Assembly: GCF_006345805.1 (NCBI RefSeq)
Contig: NC_043011.1
Span: forward strand, 65,794,464 to 65,858,463
DNA from: Octopus sinensis
Taxonomy: Eukaryota
DNA length: 64,000 nucleotides
Direction: 5' to 3'
Below the pieces are notes generated by a model. That model worked only from the letters and a program-made list of their open reading frames with translations, was not told where the DNA came from and made no database searches. Positions within the stretch are counted from its first letter, which is position 1. Each line of letters opens with the position of its first letter. Shown here piece after piece: positions 54,427 to 64,000 of the stretch. The position numbers were made by a program, and so were the translations under genes.

Positions 54427-54699
54427 TATATATATATACTTGCAATAGATCAACAATCAAATTATCATACTCGGTACACGAAACTTAGGGTCCATTACGG
54501 CTTCGAATGAAACGAAAATTATTGAAAAGCGAAATTTGGAAGCTGTTTCAAATTGCATGCCTATTATATACTTAATAATCCAGGGGAATTATGGATTAAT
54601 GCACCCTTCACTACCTTCAGGCGTTGAAAGTTCAGTGCTTAGGAATGATTATGTAGGAGGAAAGAAGGATCCCGTCAAATCTAAAAGGATCGATGGGAC

Positions 54700-55800
54700 C
54701 CCGAAATTTAGTTGTAATTGCAGATACCCAAATTTAGGTCTCCTATAGTTGTTCAGATGAAGAAAAAACGTAGTTTATAAATGTATAGTTGAATGAGAAA
54801 ATTAGGCTAGAGAATATATCACGAGTACGACTGACTCTCAATTGAGATATAGGGCCCAATATACTCCAGTTGTGGTGAGAAACATCTTCCATCAAGAAAT
54901 CCATGGAATTTTGTCACATCGAATATGATAGCTAACGCTTCTTTTTCTATGTGACTATAGTTCTTTTTAGCTGGTAATACAGATCGTAACACATAGGCTA
55001 TATCCTTATTATCCGTACCCCTATATTTGCGCAGAATCACCGCTGAAACACCATACTCACTCGCATTTGTAGCCACTATAGTATCAAACTTTGAATCAAA
55101 TTGTGTTGTCGTTAAGTCCGGTGTTGAAATGAATTTTCACTCGGCAAAATCTTTCTGGCATTTAACAGTACCATACCATTTTCCTTTAACAGAAAATTAA
55201 GCATCGCCCTTACATTATGTATATTGGGAATGCATATTTGATAGTAATTTACTAGACTCAAAAACGCTTCTAGCATAGTTTTATTACTTGACTTGGAAGT
55301 TTTTGTTCTTCTTATCGCAGTTTCTCTGGATGGATCCAGTTTTCATCCGTTTTCTTCTGGCGAAGTAAGTTTTTTGGGAAAGATCGGGCATTTTTCTTCC
55401 GTTTACTTGAACCTATATTCTGTTTTCTGTAATACGCTTTTAATGTGTTCTATATTTTTTTTATGTGATTCTCTTTTTATTAAAATATCTTCAAAATACG
55501 CGATAGCTAGTTCACAGTCTGCCATCATTTTATCCAATATTTGCTGAAATATAGGAAGGAGACAGATTTACATCTATATGAAGCTGCTAAAATCTAAATA
55601 GGCCATGGTGTGCATTGATGGTTAATAAATGAGAACATTCTTCTTCTACCTGAGTTGTAGGTATGCCTATGGGAGTTGTAATGTTCTGAAGAATTTTTGT
55701 CCATTCAATTTTGCAAACTCTTCCTCATGACTTGGTAATGTGTAATTATCTGAGATTATCATTCGAACTTGTTGAAAACTATTTACAAACTCTTAAATTA
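54700..55800 (-). mobile_element. Degenerate Gypsy RT/RNase H fragment
   Basis: ATNASEYGVSAVI...IAY...KNYSHIEKEALAIIFDVTKFHGFLDGRCF matches the Gypsy RNase H consensus. Confidence 0.85.
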
Positions 55801-55946
55801 TTCTCTTTCGTATGCGGACCGTCGGTGTTGCCCAGTTTAAGTAGTCTATCTTCTCGGTTATTCCTCGACGTCACTTTATTTATAGCGACTTCACATACCA
55901 CTCGTCAGGTGGAAAGGGATGTACAATCATTACTATTAAATGCACA

Positions 55947-56024
<78 letters not shown>

Positions 56025-56394
56025 GTATATATATATATGTGTGTGTGTGTGGAGAATAAGGCAAGGTTGAAAATGGTAAAATAAATTTATCATTATTACA
56101 TTCTCTGACGGTAAGTAACGGTTTCAATCTTTTTAACTTTTCCAACTAATAGTAAAAGAAAAAAATGAATTAAATTGAAAAAAAAAATTAAATAAAAGGC
56201 TTTGTAAATATTTCGTACATTCAAATACGTAGGGTATTATCCTTATTTCTGTCTGTCTGTCTGTCAGTCTCTCTCTCTCTCTCTCTGTGTTTATGGGTGC
56301 AGTGAAATATTTTGATGGAAAGTCTGGTTTAAACAGCATCATCCCAGGAAGGAGAAGGCAAGAAGGAGAAAGAAGTAGAAGCAACAACAGCAGT

Positions 56395-56480
56395 AGCAGA
56401 AGAAGAAGGAGGAGAAAAGAAGAAGAAGAAGAAGAAGAAGAAGAAGAAGAAGAAGAAGAAAAAGAAGAAGCAAAAGAAGA
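56395..56480. repeat. (GAA)n microsatellite
   Basis: Direct inspection. Confidence 0.9.
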
Positions 56481-56719
56481 AAGAACGAAAGAAACGAAAA
56501 AGACGGGTCTGGTATGGTCCAGTAGTAGAGGCTGTCCATGGATTCTACTTTATTTGTCATATGATCTGAAAGTGACCTGTTGTGGTTGTAGCAGTAGTGG
56601 TAGGAACAGTTCTAAATAAATTCATGCGTAGCAATCGTTCTTAATATGCGTATCATTTTAATATTTGCGTGGATAATATAGTAAGATCATTATAGTAGTG
56701 TGGTGGAAGCATATACATG

Positions 56720-57678
56720 ATATGAGGATAGATTTTATTCACAGAGGAGATGAATGTATCCATAATAATGCAGGTGTAATTTCCTGATATATGAGGAAAA
56801 TAAGTTGATCACACATCTATTCATTTCACAAACTAAGTTGTTGGAAGAAGAGATTGGCTATAGTGGCTAAAAGAAGTCGCAAAAGAAGTCAGTGAAGCAG
56901 AAAACCGCCCAAATAAGGACATTATGGGAGGAAGAGGGTGTAAGTACACAACATACAAAGTTTAGTTTATTTCTGTGGTGACAGAAAATCTAGGTCAGTG
57001 TTGCAGGAATTAAAGATTTATAAGGGAACATTATTTTTGTTAATAATAATATAAAGAATTTTCACTATATTTTCAATAAGCAATACCCTCGCACCATTTA
57101 CTATATAAATTAATTGACCTCTAGGTATTGACATAAATTCTGTCTTACAATGTATATACATTAGTATAAATAGAAAGAATAATAAATAAATAAATAAATA
57201 AATAAATAATCTCCTGTTCTAGTGTTGCACTTAAATTTCTTACTGTATTTTCTTCTACTGATCGCCTTTGACCCCTTTAACTCTGTCCTTTGATCCCTTT
57301 ATATTCTTTATCCTGCCATTAACTCTGTAGGAGTGGCTGTTAATAGATGTTTGCTGGTCAAAAATAATGTTCCCTTATAAATCTTTAATTCCTGCAACAC
57401 TGACCTAGATTTTTCTATCACCACAGAAATAAACTAAACTTTGTAGGTTGTGTACTTACACCCTCTTCCTCTCATAATGTCCTTATTTGGGCGGTTTTCT
57501 GAATCACTGACTTCTTTTGCGACTTCTTTAGCCACTATAGCCAATCTCTTCTTCCAACAACTTAGTTTGTGAAATGAATAGATGTGTGATCAACATTTTT
57601 CCTCATATATAAGGAAATTACATCTGCATTATTATGGATACAATACTCTTCTCTGTGAATAAAATCTCTCCTAATATC
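56720..57678. repeat. Long inverted repeat (arms about 320 bp, spacer about 320 bp)
   Basis: 56720-57038 is the reverse complement of 57360-57678, with scattered mismatches. Confidence 0.92.
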
Positions 57679-58053
57679 TTCGGAAATTACACCTGCATTA
57701 TTACGGATGTATTTACCTTTTCTGTGAAGCTACCAATCTTTTAAAAACCTTTTATAAAATTGTATATCATTAGAAAACATTTTAAGTCTGCTTACAATCT
57801 AACTTTTCTTTTCATAGAACTCTCTTCGATACTTTATGAGTGTAGCCTCACCTCCTAGGATGTTTGGAAAAGTCATATATGTTTTGGCTGATGAATACGG
57901 GACACTTGTATTTGCTGCAATATTTGCAGCTTTAAATAAATCTGTTTTTCGTATGAAACAATTGTACTGAACAACTAATCCATTCTTGTTGCTTTTTTCT
58001 TGTTTATATATATATATATATATATACATATATATGTGTGTGTGTGTGTGTCA

Positions 58054-58100
<47 letters not shown>

Positions 58101-59292
58101 TAGCTAGATACATAGATACTTAGATAGTTAGATAGATAGATATATACATAGATAGTGTCTGCATGCATTCATTTATCTACGGAGGAATTTATTGATGTCT
58201 GTAAATGTCTATATACATGTGTCTATAAGAATGTGTGTATACATCTTCACAGATATAAATTCTTCAATTCTTCTACTACTCACCACTAAGCTGTTCGTTG
58301 AAGAAACTTAATGTAGAATCCCCATTACCTAATTCAGTTCAATTTTACTCCCCTTACCTTCTTTCTATACTTCATTTGTTTATTGTCTCTCTCCCTTTCT
58401 TTTCTCTCATCCTCTTTTCGGTTTGACCTCACAAACATTCCCAATGTTTAAGTCACTTACAAAAAAAAAACCCTCGATCGAATAACACCGTTTACAAAAC
58501 GCCATGCTTGGAATGCCCAATTATAAACACCTTTGGAACTGACATACAAGGTGCAAGAAACTAATACATACACCATTCTGCTTAAATAAGGAAACTGCAG
58601 ATACATTATCCTAACATATCTCACGTTTGTTTTCATTCTTCCACTTCACTCTGTATTTCATATCTTCTCTAAAATAATTATTAATTAAACATTTTCTCGC
58701 ACCGTCTCTGATGAAGGGATATATATATAATATCCCATATACAGCTGTAAAATTTCTTTATAAATGTTTTGTAAACTATTTACAGCCTTGGATTTTTTAT
58801 CTCATTCTGTTAACTTTTATAGATAGACATGCTAATACCCAGGAGCTTAATTATAGTTTGTCCATAACACTTGCTCATCAGTACCTGACACCTTTGGGTC
58901 TTCTTGACACCAATACCTCTGATACTCTTGGTAGAGAGATAGCAAGATAGATTGATAAATAAATCGATCGATGGATACATAGGTATAATATATTTTCAGG
59001 GGGAAACAAACGTGATTGGAGATATAAAGAAGTATATTAGAGTCATAATTATAAAAAATATACAAATTTGCAGGAAATAAGATTTCATATCCTTCTCATG
59101 TCCATTAAAAACAACTGTTATGTCATAAATATAGTTTTCCATATATATAAAGCGAAATATTTCTCTTTCACTCAAATAGGAAGTTACGATAATTAGACGG
59201 TTCATATGATTTAGTAATCGATAAAATTTCAGATATAATTCCTATATTATGACATATATAAAATATAAAGTGATTGTTGTTTCAATTCATAG

Positions 59293-59392
59293 ATGTAACC
59301 AAAACGTACGTTGGAAAGGTTTGCATCGACATGGCAAAACGAACTTGTCCTGAATCGTATGAGCTATTTACAAACGCGTCTGCACGCTGCAA
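59293..59392 (+). CDS. Gene B exon 2: (D)VTKTYVGKVCIDMAKRTCPESYELFTNASARC(K) (100 nt, phase 1-2)
   Basis: Acceptor tgtttcaattcatag and donor AA|gtaagt. C-x7-C-x13-C. N-glycosylation sequon NAS. Confidence 0.88.
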
Positions 59393-59689
59393 GTAAGTAT
59401 TTTACAACTACTACAATTAATGTTAAACATAGATGTCAGGAACACATCATTGCATTCACGAAACCTGGCATGTGTCTCAAATTATGCTGATTCACGCATA
59501 CACATACTTGCTAGCATATTTGCTTATATGAAGAAACATATTCAAGACATATTAAAAGTTATACTTTATATTTTATCATTGACCAGTTTCAGTTTTTAAA
59601 ATGCTGCCATGCAGAAGCAACACTGGAAGAGGTTTAGTCGAACAACACGAGCCCTGTAATGCTTGTTATTTTTTAATATTGTTGTACAT

Positions 59690-60905
59690 AATCTGAGGTT
59701 GAGATAAAAAGTTCCTATGGTGACTATGAAGGACTGATTCTAGTGCTGTGAAATTTTGCATTCATTAATTGCGTTACATCTTACTAATAACTACTTTGTT
59801 TCATTCCATGTAAAGTGACATCGGGCTGTTCAAATATTTCAAATATATCTATTAGTAATTAGTTTTGATAATTGAAAATTGGCATCGTGGCCCAAAATGG
59901 ATTGGCCCCTAGGGATATTCATGCGAACAATGTTGCTACATTCACGGATGGTGCTTCAGCTTGAACAACGGTTTTGAAAAGTTGTGGGAAAAGGCAGCGT
60001 TGTCTTGAGTGCGACCCAAGACCTTTGACATTCTACAACTGACACCACCAAGAGAAAACTTTGATTGTCTTCACCATAAGGTCATGGATGACAGGCAAAA
60101 GAAGAGTATAAATCCAATAGGCAATGCTATTTGAATATCCCAGGAGATGTTTGAAAATATTGTGCTAAACAAATTGGACGTGACTAATGTTTCTGCTGAG
60201 TTGGGACAGCGTCCTCTAACATCTAATCAAAATCGCACCAGGCTTATAACATCACCGCAAAATCTGACGTTGTGTGAGCCACATGCAGCTACTCTGCTTC
60301 AGAGTTTCCTAAGGCAGATAAAATGTTCGGTTTATTACTTTGATTCAGAGAAACTTTCCTCTGCACCTGATCCTAAGCTGGGCAATGTCCTTCCATCTGG
60401 CCTGAATGTAATGCTGTTTCAATAGCCTCAGTGTTTTGGGCTGCAAAAAGCAACTAATGGTCCGTAATATGTGATTTGCTGAGACATTAAATGAACGCGT
60501 TCAAAACCAAACACACTTGATAACTAAGTTGTGCTGATTTACTGGGAGAATGCCTCAGCACACAAACCCTTGTCGCCTATGCTTATTATACGTAACTGTT
60601 TTTGGAATACTTGATCACCCTCCCTATTTTCCAGTTTTGGACCCATCTGACTACTATATGTTCTATTACATGAAGAATCATTTGACTGGAATCAGTATAT
60701 GACAGTCATGATAACATCATATCTGATTTCGATGATTGTGTTGGACCTACATAATCAAAGAATCTGCACCATTGTCATCCAAGCAGCGCAACACAAATGG
60801 AAGAAGTGTAAGGGCATAAAAGTGTCATATGTGGAAAATCAAACCACATTTTGACAAATTCTATGTGAATATCTTGGTCAGAGATGGACACTTTAGACGA
60901 CCAGT
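59690..60905 (+). mobile_element. Degenerate mariner transposon
   Basis: KIGIVAQ/HRG-like start, VSAELGQRPLT (WVPR.LT-like) and LDHPPYFPVLDPSDYYMF (HPPYSPDLAPSDY). Confidence 0.75.
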
Positions 60906-61468
60906 GTCTGTTGGTCATTATTAAAGAACCGCAATATTACACGGTTTAAAAAAAGTAAAAGACTTCGGTTGACGAGGATGATTGGGGAAAACACAATCAC
61001 AAACAAAGACACGCATACATATTTTGGAATGCACGCATTCACACAGGAACTTGTACAAGTATGCGCGCATGCGTACGTGAGTATGTGTCACTACTGATAC
61101 TTTCTGTCATTTTCCGTGTATTTCCTAGAATATTGTCTTCTATAATGCAGGATTCATAAACAGTTAATGACCAACATTCCGAATCAATCTTACATGGCAA
61201 TCAAGAAATACTTTCCCAAGTCTTGTAGATACCGTAGAATATTGAATACGCAAAATGACCGACTCACTTTTTCCACTAACCGCAAAGTAGCGTGGCTAAC
61301 AGCAACACGCATCGTGTCAAGAATATCTCAACAGCGAAACACGAGTGGAATATTAGACTAGATAAGAAAAATAAGGAAATCAACGGAAAAATTGAATATA
61401 CAAAAAAAGATGACAGGGAAGGAGTAGGTAATAACATAAGGGACTTGAATATATATATAAATATATAA

Positions 61469-61544
<76 letters not shown>

Positions 61545-61597
61545 ATATTATTTGTTCCACGTCCTCATGTTATGTTTTCATGTTTGGATTAACCCTT

Positions 61598-61667
<70 letters not shown>

Positions 61668-61739
61668 TACACATACATATTTATATAAACACACCTATAC
61701 ATATATGAGTGTGTGTATATACATACATATATATGCATT

Positions 61740-64000
61740 TTACTGTCTTACCTAGAAGATATGAAGGCCGACCGAAGCCAGGAGATCCAACGAGCAAACA
61801 CCTATGCAAATCCCAAGAACCACACACCCACTATCAACAAGAAAATCATACACACACAGCTCCATACAAGAACTACCCACATTGTTACCACTGAACAACA
61901 TAAAACATAACTTAGAACATTGCAAACATCAAACATCCCTTACCTCGACATTCCTGTTAAATGTACGTGGCATCAACCCATCAATTTTTGCCCCAAAATG
62001 AAAGATCCCATATATAGAGAGTTAGCTTGCCGAAACGGCACGTTGCTTCCCTTTCTTTATCCTTACCGAGCCTCACCTGAACAACACCCATATGGACGCC
62101 GAAATGAAAATTAAATATTTCATCATTGTTCGTGCGGATCGCACAGACCGAAATATGGGAGGCCCAGCCATCTTTATCCTTGACACCTTCTCACTTGATG
62201 CCAAGGACATATTTTCCAATAGCTATTGTGAATCTGTATCACTATTCAGCAAGGCCAAGAACATTATCATTGTTGGTCTTTACAGGCCTCCTCAAGCACC
62301 TCTAAAGTGCTTTGAAGAGTGCCTTAGTAAGGTTAAGTCCTTCCTTCGGAAGTACAACTCCGGAAACATACTAGTGATGGGTGATTTTAACCTACCTCAT
62401 GTGAACTGTCCCACAAATACTCTGAAGTTAGGCAAATGCTCTACATCAGATAGAGCAGCAGCAGAACTGCTCTTTAATCTAATGGATGAATACCTCCTGA
62501 CTCAGCTAGTGCTCGAACCAACGAGACAGAATAAAACGATCTTGGATCTGGTATTGACCAATTACTCTAGCTTCGTTCACAGTATTTCAGTTGAAAAAAC
62601 TCTCCTCTCAGACCACGACATGATACTCTACAATTTCAATTCCCGACATATAAAAACCAAACCATCCAATCCCAATCCATGGCACTCATTTGACAACATA
62701 AACTTCCACAAAACGGACTGGGGAGCAATCAGAAAGGATCTGTCTTGCATCAACTGGTCTTTTACTCTCAATTCCACCCATATTGATACCGCATGGCAGC
62801 ACTTTGAAAACATTGTCACCTATACATGCTCTTAATACGCTCGCACGAAATCTACTAACACAAACAAAAACCGGCTCCCTAAAAAGAAAAAAAACATTCA
62901 TCAGGCGAATCAAATGACTCAACAAAAAAAATCAACCAATTAAAATATTCCCACATACAACATCCAAATTCAACAACAATGAAAACGCTAGAGCTGGAAA
63001 AACTTCACTACGGAACGACATGAAAACCTCCATTGAAAATCAAAGAGCTGTGGAGGAACAGTAGGTAATCAAAAATATCAAACAGAACCCAAAAGTGTTC
63101 TATCCCTATGCAAATAAGCATAGAACCACTGTCTCACCAATTGGGCCATTGATTGTTGATAACGATGATAAAGAAATCGCAGAAATACTGCAGAAACAAT
63201 ACTGCTCTGACTTTAGTGTTCCCACTGATATTGACGCAGACGTAAGAGAAGGGAACGAAGTTAATTCTCAACATAAAATCTCAGACATAACCTTCACTGC
63301 CACTGTCATCGTAGCAGCAATAAATGAGGACAAATACTACTCTTCTGTAGGCCCTGATAGATTCCCCGCTAGTCTCCTGAAGGAATGTCGACACAAACTT
63401 GCATTCCCTCTGACCAACCTCTGGAAAATTTCGTTAGACGCAGGTTATATACCGAAAGAGTTTCTATCCCAGTCAAGTCATCCCGGTTTTCAAACAGGGA
63501 ACCAGATCCCTCGCACTAAACTATCGCCCAATCTCACTCACCTCCCACATCATTAAAGTGTTTGAAAGAGTGTTAAGATCAATGATAGCTGACTTCCTGG
63601 AGACCCAGAAAATCCTAAATGCAAATCAGCATGGCTTTCGCTGTGGCAGGGACTGTCTAACACAGCTCTTACACCACATTGAAGATGTACTCAAAACCTT
63701 GGGAACACGTTCGAACTCTCCTTGTCTTCAGTAAAGCGTTCGACAGGGTAGACCATAAAATCCTACTCTCAAAATTGGCAAATGTTGGAATCCGTGGAAA
63801 AGTTCTACACTGGATCAAGTATTTCTTGGCGAATAGAACACAACATGTTGTAGTTGATGGAGTCCACTCAAGTCCAGCAAAAGTCACCAGCGGTGTTCCC
63901 CAGGGGGCTGTCTTGGGTCCGCTACTCTTCTTAAATTAAATAAACGACCTTTCCAGTGTCGTACATTACTGAAAAGTGAAAGTATTTGCTGATGACACTC
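61740..64000 (+). mobile_element. CR1/L2-group LINE (AP endonuclease + RT), disrupted, runs off the window
   Basis: LNVRGI, GLYRPP, MGDFNLP, LDLVLTN and SDH, then GPDRFPA, QHGFR, FSKAFDRVDH, SGVPQGAVLGPLLF and FADD. Confidence 0.93.

Overview
AT-rich, microsatellite-dense metazoan genomic DNA. The tRNA-derived SINE family and the repeat content suggest an octopus or other coleoid cephalopod (inference). Most of the window is decayed transposable elements: Tc1 and mariner, a Helitron fragment, a Gypsy fragment, RTE, CR1-type, R4/Dong-like and ORF1-only LINE-like elements, and Penelope-like elements carrying hammerhead ribozymes. Hidden among them, and mostly missed by the ORF track because the exons are only 40-103 nt, is a cluster of three paralogous multi-exon genes for small secreted cysteine-rich proteins. 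They share exon phases (signal-peptide exon ending in phase 1; a phase 1-2 exon encoding C-x7-C-x13-C; in genes C and A an 88-nt phase 2-0 exon with three more Cys). Gene C (minus strand, 36096->12443) can be assembled into a 114-aa protein with a GPI-anchor-like tail. Gene A (+, about 40797-51230) is head-to-head with it, and its best signal-exon candidate carries an in-frame TAG. Gene B (+, 53949->59392 and beyond) follows in tandem. Their introns contain several long inverted repeats, and hammerhead motifs lie in and between the genes. All gene models were assembled by eye and need RNA-seq confirmation.
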